Assembly: GCA_002269645.1 (NCBI GenBank)
Contig: NIVC01002473.1
Span: 62,001 to 126,000, forward strand
Origin: Macrostomum lignano
Lineage: Eukaryota
Length of the DNA: 64,000 bases
Direction: 5' to 3'
The notes under the pieces are model-generated. The model did not search any database. It saw nothing but the letters and a program-made list of their open reading frames with translations, and was not told where the DNA came from. The translations under genes were made by a program, and so were the position numbers. This document shows positions 1 through 11,114 of this stretch, piece by piece. Position 1 is the first letter of the stretch, and each line of letters begins with the position of its first letter.

Positions 1-260
1 CCCTCTACCACAAATTTACACACACTGGCCATCGAATACAACCCCTCTACCACAGATTTACACACACTGGCCATAGAATACAACCCCTCTACCACAGATT
101 TACACACACTGGCCATAGAATAAACCCCCTTCTACCCCGGATGCACACACACTGGCCATAGAATAAACCCCCTTTACCCTAGATGTGCACATACTGGCCA
201 TAAAATAAAACCCTCTCGCAACTTTAGATGTACACACAACATTTACTAAAGAATCGAATT
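1..260. repeat. Intronic ~40-42 bp minisatellite (reverse orientation of the 975-1700 array)
   Basis: Unit ccctctaccacagatttacacacactggccatagaatacaa is the reverse complement of the 975-1700 unit. Confidence 0.85.
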
Positions 261-292
261 TACTCGAATCAGAAGCCATTTAGAAAACTCAC

Positions 293-2136
293 CATAACAC
301 CGTGATCGTAAGCCTCTTGCCATACAATAAAACCGCGTTTGTTACTATTTGACTTGCCGGCACTCAAAGATGTTATGATATTTTGCAATCTGTGGGTATT
401 GGTACAGTGTAAACAATATTCAATAAAAGAAGAGTGGGAGTGCAAACTAACTAAAATCCACACAGCAAGTAACTTTACCGTCGAAAATAATAATCAATCA
501 GCTGATCACTCCTAGAGAAACCAAAATCAGCTCGCATTCGATTCACAATGGGATTATTATCCCTGTAAGGTGATAATAGAGCTTTGACATTAATGTTTGA
601 TATAAGCTACGAGTACAACAGATAAACATTAAACACTTACCAACAAGAGGTGCCAACTTCGTCAGCTCCAAGATGAATATAATTATCTTTGAATACGCTA
701 GAAATTTCTGCGTACAACTTTTTAAGAAAATCGAAGGTAGCATTCAATGCCGGATTCATGGGACCATAGAAACCGGTCCAGCGGTTGGCATAGTTGAAGC
801 ATTGCGTGAAAATTTCCGGATAGCCAAGAGACCAGCTGTGCGTGTGGGCTGAAAATTTTACAGGCATGGCGTTTCTTAATTTCTGCTTTTAGTAGCATAT
901 AGATAGAAAACTTAAGCTAAATGGGAAGGTTTTGAGTTACTTGAGGATGTGTATGTCTTGAGTAAAGGCTTAGTATGTGTGCATCTGGGGTAGAGGGGTT
1001 CTATTTTATTGCCAGTGTGTACATCTGGAGTGAGGGGGTTTTATTCTATGGCCAGTGTGTGTACATCTGGGGTGAGGGGGTTTTATTCTATGGCCAGTGT
1101 GTGTACATCTGGGGTGAGGGGGTTTTATTCTATGGCCAGTGTGTGTACATCTGGGGTGAGGGGGTTTTATTCTATGGCCAGTGTGTGTACATCTGGGCCG
1201 AGGGGGTTATATTCTATGGCCAGTGTGTGCACATCTGGGATAGAGGGGTTTTTATTCTATAGCCAGTGTGTACATCTGGGGTAGAGGGGGTTGTATTCTA
1301 TGGCCAGTGTGTACATCTGGGATAGAGAGGGTTTTATTCTATGGCCAGTGTGTGTACATCTGGGGTAGAGGGGTTCATTCTATGGCCAGTGTGTGTACAT
1401 CTGGGATAGAGGGGGTTTTATTCTATGGCCAGTGTGTACATCTGGGGTAGAGGGGTTGTATTCTATGGCCAGTGTGTACATCTGGGGTAGAGGGGTTTAT
1501 TCTATGGCCAGTGTGTACATCTGGGGTAGAGGGGGTTTTATTCTATGGCCAGTGTGTGAGCATCTGGGGTAGAGGGGGTTGTATTCTATGGCCAGTGTGT
1601 GTACATCTGGGGTAGTGGGGTTTATTCTATGGCCAGTGTGTGTACATCTGGGGTAGAGGGGTTTATTCTATGGCCAGTGTGTGAACATCTGGGGTAAAGG
1701 TATTTGCTTCAGCCGGAAGGATTTTCATAGCATTTATCAAACCAAAGTTCGGCATGACTTACCAGGCGTGTCAAACTCGGGTATAACTCGTATGCCCCGA
1801 ACTCTGGCGTACTCAATTATCTCTCGAATATTGGATAATGAGTAAATGCTATTACTATCATATGCGCCCTGTGTGTTAAAAAAATGTTGTTTAGATTAAA
1901 CAAATAATTAAAGCATAGTAAAAAACACTTTAAAACGATTTTTTACCTTCTCAGATAGCTTAGGAAATACCACACTCTGATAGGGAAACGACTGATCGTC
2001 CACAATGTGCCAGTGAAATACGTTTAATTTGTTCATCTCCATGGCGTCCTGTAGGTTTTAAAAAATAGATGGATAGATAGACATACAGGCACTAAGGCAG
2101 ACTGACAGACAGAAAGACAGACTGATATGCAGACAT

Positions 2137-2171
<35 letters not shown>

Positions 2172-2173
2172 GG

Positions 2174-2207
<34 letters not shown>

Positions 2208-2228
2208 CAGACAGACCTACACCAAGGC

Positions 2229-2261
<33 letters not shown>

Positions 2262-2357
2262 CAGACAGACCTACACCAAGGCAGACAGACAGACAGACGG
2301 ACAAACAGACAGACAGACAGACACCAAGGCAGACAGGCAGACAGACAAACAGACAGG

Positions 2358-2416
<59 letters not shown>

Positions 2417-2474
2417 GCAGACAGGCAGACAGACAAACAGACAGACAGGCAGACAGACAGACAGACACCAAGGC

Positions 2475-2524
<50 letters not shown>

Positions 2525-2578
2525 GCAGACAGGCAGACAGACAAACAGACAGGCAGACAGACAGACAGACACCAAGGC

Positions 2579-2615
<37 letters not shown>

Positions 2616-2635
2616 CAGACAGACCTACACCAAGG

Positions 2636-2682
<47 letters not shown>

Positions 2683-2712
2683 GCAGACAGGCAGACAGAC
2701 AAACAGACAGGC

Positions 2713-2753
<41 letters not shown>

Positions 2754-4820
2754 CAGACAGACCTACACCAAGGCAGACAGACAGACAGACGGACAAACAG
2801 ACAGATAGACAGACAGACAGACAGACAGGCAGACAGACAGACAGACAGACAGACAGACACCAACGCAGACACACAGACAGAGTGCAATCAACAATCGAAA
2901 CTTACTAGATTAGTTTTTAGCGTCTCCATGCTTAGGTAATGTCGGGACGTATCCACCAGCAAGCCGCGGTGCTTAAATCTTGGCTTATCAAATATTGTTG
3001 TACTGTTAATGTACAGCTAAAATTAATAACAACAGACGGGCAATGCTAACTTCATATGAAAATATGTAATAATAATGAATGATAAGCGGAACTCACAGCT
3101 GCGTCTTGAGTCTGCCACACCAGCTGGCTGAAAGTTTGCAGGCCGCGCAGAACACCCCACGGCTCTGGGGCACTGAGTTGCGCTTCAGTTTTGCTAATCT
3201 TTAGCGTGTCTAAGAGCGGTTAATTAAAGAAGAAATATAGATAATTAACTACGAGCAGAAATGCATCGAGCCGCACTGATAGCGCGACACTGACAAGAAA
3301 AAACCTTTTTGACTAAGCAAATTAATAATATTATTATGTTATATTGTGCGCATATAACGTAGATTATATGCAAATCTTTTTTGCATAGCTAGTTTTACCG
3401 TTAAGGCGGTTAATAGCAGAGTTGGCTAGAGGATTGAGGAGAAGAAAGGAGAGGGGAGAAGAGAGAATATGAGAGGAGAGGCGAGAGAAGAGAATAGATG
3501 TGGGGAGAGGAGAGGGAAGGAGGGATAAGAGAGTAGAGGAAAGACAGAAGCGGGTAGAGGAGAGAAGAGAGGAGAGAAGAGAGGAGACAGAAGAGAAGAG
3601 AGTAGAGACAGAATAGAGTAGAGAGGAGAGAGTAGAGGAGTGGAGAGTAGAGGAGAAGAGAGAGAAGATTAGAGAAAAGAAATTGACCGCACACACGCGG
3701 TTTACAACAAACAAAATCCAAAATCAAGAAAGTTACACATAAAACAGTCAGCACTCACAGCTCTCATCCATGTCCAGACTGGGCATCAGAGGCGCCGTTC
3801 GCCACTTTTCATCAGAAGACTGAATAGTCAGCCGCACACTGAGCTGCCGAATGTGTCCATCAGCATCAGCGGCAGCTCCAGCGGCCACACTAACGGCTCT
3901 CTGGTCAACAATCACCCGCCTATACCGTTGAAAAGCCATTTTGAGCAGCTCAACAACCGCTATCGGACAATCAGACTCTGTTGGGCTAGTTAAAACAAAC
4001 TGAAATTCTTTAGCCGCTAAGCTGAGCTGCTCCGGCGCGGTAATGCGACCCCGACTGCGACTGGTGTACTGACGAGTCGGTCGGGGCCAGGCCTCACCGA
4101 GGCTGGGGAACGGCGCTCGCCAAACGTGAAACTCAGTGTCTGGCGGGTCCAACAGCGCAAAGTTGTTCTCCCCAGCTAGGCCAACATCGTCAGGTATGGG
4201 ACGTTGCGTTGGTACAGCTGGAGTTGCAAGCTTCTGACGCACTTCCTTGTGGAGGATGGCGCCTGGCTCATGCTGGATGAGTCGGGAATTGGAATTGCCG
4301 AAATCTGGGTCCCGATTCTGCTGAGCAGGTGTTGAGACAGGAGAATACTCTTAATGTTGGATTTTTCTGTGAGTATTGAGATGAAAATTGCATCTCATAG
4401 TGAGACTCTTTAGCCTTGATAATAATCTCATAGTCGGAATCTGAAATTGAGAATCTCAGGTAGAGAATCTTTACATTGAGAATCTTAGGTTGAGAATCTG
4501 ACAATGAGAATATCAGGTTGAGAATCTGACATTAAGAATCTCAGATTGAGAATCTGACTCTGAGATTAAATTCTTAGGTTTAGAATCTGACACTGAGATG
4601 AGAATCTCAGGTTGAGAACCTGATACTGAGATGAGAATCTCAGGTTAAGAATCTGACAATGAGATGAGAATCTCAGGTTGAGAATCTGACATTAAGAATA
4701 ACATTATTTAAGAATGTTAATAACATTTACCTGACACAAAATCAGGTCAATTGGCACCAGCAGAAGTAACAGCGGTGTCAACTGGTGCCCGGAGACTGGA
4801 AACCAAGCAAGCATCGACAT
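293..4820 (-). CDS. HEXA/HEXB-like: Beta-hexosaminidase (GH20, HEXA/HEXB-like), spliced and 3'-partial. Coding exons (minus strand): 4820-4731, 4320-3759, 3209-3097, 3016-2906, 2048-1947, 1868-1763, 848-641, 562-479, 389-293
   Basis: Manual translation across GT-AG junctions with consistent phases gives a signal peptide ([30 protein letters not shown]), then WPRP...[91 protein letters not shown] (catalytic DE) and GFIVWQE. All are collinear with GH20 hexosaminidases. HEXA versus HEXB orthology cannot be resolved. Confidence 0.95.
975..1700. repeat. Intronic ~40-42 bp minisatellite
   Basis: Tandem gtgtgtacatctggggtgagggggttttattctatggcca; gives repetitive spurious ORFs. Confidence 0.95.
2090..2880. 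repeat. (GACA)n microsatellite with interspersed caccaagg variants
   Basis: Directly visible; lies in a hexosaminidase intron. Confidence 0.97.
3420..3680. repeat. Purine-rich (AGAGG/AGAAG) low-complexity tract
   Basis: Almost exclusively A/G on the plus strand; intronic. Confidence 0.85.
4380..4700. repeat. Degenerate minisatellite built on gagaatct
   Basis: Repeated gagaatctcaggttgagaatctgac units in the first coding intron of the hexosaminidase. Confidence 0.85.
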
Positions 4821-4999
4821 GCTCGAGGGCTGACCAGCGCAGGGTCAACAACCAGTTCGCCCCAGAGGCCCGGCTGTTTTGTTTAATTTCTTAATTTTAA
4901 AAGCAATTTTTTGTTCTGCAGAAGACGGTTGAAGCTGAAACAGGTGTGATAAATCAGAGTTAATCACTTAATTGCTATTTCGTATATCTATTTTTAGTT

Positions 5000-5400
5000 T
5001 TGTGAAGATTGAATATTGGAATTGTGAAGGCTGTGAAGATTGAGATTGTGAAGACTGTGAATATTGGGATTGTGAAGACTGTGAATATTGGGATTGTGAA
5101 GACTGTGAATATGAAGATTGTGAAGATTGAGATTGTGAAGACTGTGAAGATTGTGATCGTGAAGACTGTGAATATTGGGATTGTGAAGACTGTGGAGATT
5201 GGGATTGTGAATGATGTTAAGATTGTGATTGTAAAGACTGTGACGATTGGAATTTTGAAGGCTGTGTGAATATTGGGATTGTGAAAGTGAATATTCGAAT
5301 TGTGAATACTGGGTTTGTGAAAATAGGGAATATCTGAAATGTGAATACTGGGTTTGTGAAAATAGTGAATATTCGAATTGTGAATATTGGAATAGGGAAC
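5000..5400. repeat. ~24 bp minisatellite (gtgaagactgtgaatattgggatt)
   Basis: Tandem units; spurious VKTVNIGI ORF. Confidence 0.9.
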
Positions 5401-5779
5401 TTTTTGATGATGTGATAAATAAGCTTATGTAACAAAAAATGAAACAAAGCCAACGCATTTTACTGCTAATGAGAATAAAAAAATTATTTTTTTTTGTTTT
5501 TGGTTAAAACCAAGGCACAAGCCTCAACAAGAGAGGAAACGTATGGACGGATTAGAAGTTCATTGAAAAAAACAGAATTAAGCAAATATTTCCTGCTTAA
5601 CAAAACTTTAACCACCTCTAATAACACATCTACGAAATAGGCAGCAAAAATCAGCGATGAAAATACAGGCAATTGATTGAAAAATTTAAGGCAGCACCTT
5701 CACATTAATAATAGCAAACTATATTGTTTTTACAAAGAATATCATTGTATACGCAAACACATTATTTACATGCTATACC

Positions 5780-6070
5780 CTAAAATTTAGCCTGTTATAT
5801 CCCTAATATTTGGCCTGTTATATCCCTAATACTTGGCCTGTTATATCCCTAATATTTGGCCTGTCATATCCCTAATACTTGGCCTGTTATATCCCTAATA
5901 TTTGGCCTGTTATATCCCTAATATTTGGCCTGTTATATCCCTAATATTTGGCCTGTTATATCCTTAATATTTGGCCTGTTATATCCCTAATATTTGGCCT
6001 GTGATATCCCTAATATTTGGCCTGTTATATTCTCAATATTTGATGTTTGATCTGTGATATCCCTAATATC
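5780..6070. repeat. 23 bp minisatellite (ttatatccctaatatttggcctg)
   Basis: Tandem units directly visible. Confidence 0.92.
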
Positions 6071-6359
6071 TGAGCCTGCGAATAAAACTAATTAACAAAC
6101 AAGAAAACGAAAATAACGATCACCTTATATCAAAAAAAACAATTAATTAATTTTTATTGAAATCACACTTTATCTTAGTAAATAAAATGCAGCAATTTAA
6201 AGATTAATCTTATTGAGTAAGGAATATTAATGAGATTACAGTATAAAATGAAGAGGGAAATCATAAGGAATATTATTGGATCTCTCATAAAGATGTTAAA
6301 ATTTTAAAGAGCCAGCCTTGTAAAATCATAACTTGAGTTCCATAAAAAATGAGTTCAGG

Positions 6360-9300
6360 TCAAGCTTCGATAGGACTCAGCTCCTGAATCTGACGGATCA
6401 GATATTGCTTCTCATCAACAAACTGACTGTCCGACTGTCTGTCAGACTGGAAGCGTTGCAGAAACTCCACAAGCCGGTCCCGATTCTGCACCAGGATGCT
6501 TTGCACTGCACGGGGCTTGTGCGGGTTGGCCACGAACACCTGGGGAAAAGGGTGCCGTGGTTAGAACTCAGATATACATGCTATCCCCTACCTGAGTCTT
6601 CAGGATGAACCGCTGCTATCCCCTACCTGAGTCTTCAGGATAAATCGCTGCTATCCCCTACCTGAGTCTTCAGAATAAACCGCTGCTATCCCCTACCTGA
6701 GTCTTCAGGATAAATCGCTGCTATCCCCCTCCCTGAATCTTCAGAATGAACCACTGCTATCCCCCTCCCTGAATCTTCAGGATGAACCACTGCTAAACCC
6801 CTCCCTGAATCTTCAGGATGAACCACTGCTATCCCCCTCCCTGAATCTTCAGGATGAACCACTGCTAAACCCCTCCCTGAATCTTCAGGATGAACCACTG
6901 CTAAACCCCTCCCTGAATCTTCAGGATGAACCACTGCTATCCCCCTCCCTGAATCTTCAGGATGAACCACTGCTAAACCCCTCCCTGAGTCTTTACAATG
7001 CCATAAAATGAAACCTATGCTCATCATTCATACAGCAGGACGCATAGTGTGCGCAGGGTTACAAAAAAACCTTTCGAACGTGTCAATCGCCAATCGTAAA
7101 AAGTTAGCTTTATCACGTCAATGAGGATGTCGATCATAAATTATTCAGAGACTAGCACATTATGGCCTATACTAATCTAATCCGTATGACCTGCTGAATG
7201 ACGCACACAGACAGACTAACAGACAGTCAATGTAACTACAGATTCTAAAAATAGCATTAGGAAACGTGCTGTATTAAGGGCACTTAGTATTGTTTATAAC
7301 TCAAGCGCAATCGACCTACTGATTAACAATTTACAAAGGTAAGTGCAAAGCAAAATCGCCCGCCCTGGCTGCATGGAGACAGTCTCATTAATTTGTTATT
7401 AAGCTAGGCTATGGGTAATTATAAATAGCTCCTAACTCTATACTGCCATCGAATGGTAGTTTGTCTGAATTGATCGCAAAATCTCAGTGAATCTTTCGAA
7501 ATCTCACAGTACATCTCTTAAAATCTCACAATAAATCTCTCAAAATCTCAGTGAACCTCTTAAAATCTCACAGTAGATTTCTCAAAATCTCACAATTAAT
7601 TTCTCGAAATCTCACAGTAAATCTTTCGAAAGCTCACAGTAAATCTCTCGAAATCTCACAGTAAATCTCTCGAAATCTCACAGTAAATCTCTCGAAATCT
7701 CACAGTATATCTCTCGAAATCTCACAGCAAATCTCTCGAAATCTCACAGTAAATCTCTCGAAATCTCACAGTAAATCTCTCGAAATATAGCAGTAAATCT
7801 GTCGAAATCTTACAGCAAATCTCTCGAAATCTCACAGTATATCTCTCGAAATCTCACAGCAAATCTCTCGAAATCTGACAGTATATCTCTCGAAATCTCA
7901 CAGCAAATCTCTCGAAATCTCACAGTATATCTCACAGTGAATAATCTCCTAAAATCCCTTCTTGATTTAGCTGCAGGGTGGTCGGTAGACACAGCGGGGA
8001 GGCGAGGGTCACCCATTCCGCTAGCCCCTAAAGGCGAGCAGACAGGCAGAGGCGTGTCTCGAAATCTCACAAAATTTTACAGTGAATCTCTAAAAATCTC
8101 ACAGCAAATCTCTTGAAATCTCACAGTGTCTCTCGAAATCTCACAGTATATCTCTTGAAATCTCAGTATCTCTCGAAATCTCACATTAAATCTCTCGAAA
8201 TCTCACAGTATATCTCTCGAAATCTCACATTAAATCTGTCACAGCAAATCTCTTGAAACCTCACAGTAAGTCCTCGATTCCAACAATTAAATCAAGTTTA
8301 CCTTGAAACAGTGAAACGCTTCAAACGCGATTTGCTTCTGTCGACTTTTCAAAGCGTTCATAATCGGTTTCAGATTGTCTGCACTGGCGATGTACTTGGT
8401 CATCACGCTGTAGTTGTAGCGATCGAGCAGAATCTCGCCTAGCAACTGAAATCATTAATAATTATTCAAGATATTAATGAGACTATGATGCTATGACAGG
8501 GCCACTGTACACTCTGTGTGAGCGTGTGTTCTTGCGCAACGATGATTCGCTGATTCAGGGTGTAAAGCGGACAGCGGGTGTACAGCAATGCCACTGATAG
8601 TCAGTTCTTATGGATCTTTTTTGCAGTACAAACCGGCTCTAATATACACTGCATCCCCCTCTTACCGTCCACCTTTTCTGCGTTAAGTATTTTGTGATTA
8701 TTGACCCCCTCATTGAGTGGAAAAGTGTGTTGCTACAGTTGGAGACTATGTTGAGGAGGCTGCCCTTAAAGGTTGATGATGATGATGAATGAGTTTGAGA
8801 ATGGATGAATGAGAATGAGAATTTTTATCGTGACTTAGAAACCTTTCAAAAATACATAGATTAGAAAAAGCAACCAACCTTCAAAGCCTGCCTCTTAGTG
8901 ACATAGTTCTCCGACTCAATTAGTCGTTTATAATTGTCGAAAAATTCTACATAATTCTGTTCGAGAAACCGAGCTACAACAGCTTTGTGCCTTGTTAGCA
9001 AATCTTTTAAAGTTGTGAAAGCGTCAGAGCTGACATCAAAGGCCGTGCCGTGCACGTGATCGAATAGCCGATAGAAGCCGCTCGAATCCCATAGGAACGC
9101 TTCGGCAACGCGTTCGTGACGGCATGCCTCTCGGAGCATGCCACCGAAGGTGATGGCGTGCTCAGGTCGATGGTAGCCATCTACCAGCTTGTACAGTACC
9201 TGATGAGTTGGTGGTTTTTTTAGCTGTCAGTTTTTATTGATTATAAATCAGTTAGCGATTGAAATGTGATCATTAGGCGATTCTAATGACTGGATGACCA

Positions 9301-11114
9301 TATTAGGCGATTCTAATGACTGGATGACCATATTAGGCGATTCTAATGACTGGATGACCATATTAGGCGATTCTAATGACTGGATGACCATATTAGGCGA
9401 TTCTAATGACTGGATGACCATATTAGGCGATTCTAATGACTGGATGACCATATTAGGCGATTCTAATGACTGGATGACCATATTAGGCGATTCTAATGAC
9501 TGGATGACCATATTAGGCGATTCTAATGACTGGATGACCATATTAGGCGATTCTAATGACTGGATGACCATATTAGGCGATTCTAATGACTGGATGACCA
9601 TATTAGGCGATTCTAATGACTGGATGACCATATTAGGCGATTCTAATGACTGGATGACCATATTAAGCGATTCTAATGACTGGATGACCATATTAGACGA
9701 TTCTAATGACTGGATGACTATATTAGACAATTTTAGACACTGGATGACTATATAAGACGATTTTAATGACTGGATGACCATATTAGGCGATTCTAATGAC
9801 TAGATGACCATATTAGGCGATTCTAATGACTGGATGACCATATTAGGCGATTCTAATGACTGGATGACCATATTAGGCGATTCTAATGACTGGATGACCA
9901 TATTAGACGATTCTAATGACTGGATGACTATATTAGACAATTTTAGTCACTGGATGACTATATAAGACGATTCTAATGACTGGATGACCATATTAGGCGA
10001 TTCTAATGACTAGATGACCATATTAGGCGATTCTGATGACTGGATGACCATATTAGGGAATTCTAATGACTGGATGACCACATTAGATAATTCTAATGAC
10101 TGGATGACCATATTAGACGATTTTAATGACTGGATGACTATATTAGACAATTTTAGTCACTGGATGACTATATAAGACGATTTTAATGACTGGATGACCA
10201 TATTATGACGATTCTAATGACTGGATGACCATATTAGGCGATTCTAATGACTAGATGACCATATTAGGCGATTCTAATGACTGGATGACCATATTAGGGA
10301 ATTCTAATGACTGGATGACCACATTAGATAATTCTAATGACTGGATGACCATATTAGACGATTTTAATGACTGGATGACTATATTAGACAATTTTAATCA
10401 CTGGATGACCATATTATGACGATTCTAATGACTGGATGACCATATTAGGCGATTCTAATGACTGGATGACCATATTAGGCGATTTAATGATTGAATGACC
10501 ACATTAGGCGATTCTAATGATTTAATGACCACATTAGGCGATTCTAATGATTGAATTACTATATTATGCGATTCTAATGACCGAATGACTATATTAGGCG
10601 ATTCTAATGATAAAATGACAGAAACTTTTAGCACAATCATCATTAAGCGACTACTATAGCAGACAATTAACCTTTAAATTACCTGTCTATTCTCCAGGAT
10701 ATACTCAACAGCTGGATACCGGTTGCCAATCTGTTTAGAGAGCAAATTACCAAACAGGTGTTCAATAAATTTGGCGCACTCAAAGTCTACCCGATCGATG
10801 CAATCGAGCAGCATTGGCAGAAATCCTGAGCACTCTTGACTGAAAGCTACTCTAGTTACTTCAGACAGGGCTTCGCTCAACCTGGACTTTTCGATTGCAG
10901 CCTCATGAGACTCGCGATTGCTTGAACCTGCTCCAGACGCCTCTAATCGATTAGTTAGCAACAGCTTCAACGAAGCAATGGATTTGGCGACTTCTTCGTG
11001 TGCTCGCTTGAATTCGCGGCTATCAGAGCTGCTGTGCTGAAGCAACGAGCGCAATGCGGACTGCAACTGCAGCACCAAATCTCTGGGAGATTTGTGACGA
11101 CCAAATCTGAGCAT
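6360..11114 (-). CDS. CAB39: CAB39/MO25 family scaffold protein, 4 coding exons: 11114-10683, 9199-8879, 8445-8302, 6539-6360
   Basis: All phase-0 GT-AG junctions. Translation has FGRHKSP, MLREACRHE, FDVSSDAFTTLKDLLTRHK, ENYVTKRQALKLLGEILLDR, FEAFHCFKVFVANP and FVDEKQYLIRQI, matching MO25/CAB39 end to end; stop TGA at 6362-6360. Confidence 0.95.
6580..7000. repeat. 36 bp intronic minisatellite
   Basis: Tandem ctatccccctccctgaatcttcaggatgaaccactg beginning just upstream of the last CAB39 exon acceptor. Confidence 0.93.
7480..8270. repeat. 22 bp intronic minisatellite (aaatctctcgaaatctcacagt), interrupted at ~7940-8055
   Basis: Tandem units directly visible. Confidence 0.92.
9270..10620. repeat. 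30 bp intronic minisatellite with higher-order variant structure
   Basis: Tandem tattaggcgattctaatgactggatgacca, about 45 units. Confidence 0.97.

Noticed and set aside
2033-2939. Long ORFs (260-284 aa) on both strands
   Set aside because: Products of a stop-free (GACA)n microsatellite inside a hexosaminidase intron.
8500-8820. Possible (GAT)n-tailed retroposon 3' end in a CAB39 intron
   Set aside because: Only a short tail-like motif; no coding homology or TSD identified.
9248-9781. 177 aa and 153 aa repetitive ORFs (also 975-1450, 4994-5458, 6686-7027)
   Set aside because: Translation of minisatellite units within introns or intergenic DNA.
9270-10620. CRISPR-like regular array (also 27136-27595 and 44370-45415)
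   Set aside because: Units are contiguous with no unique spacers and no cas genes; eukaryotic intronic context.
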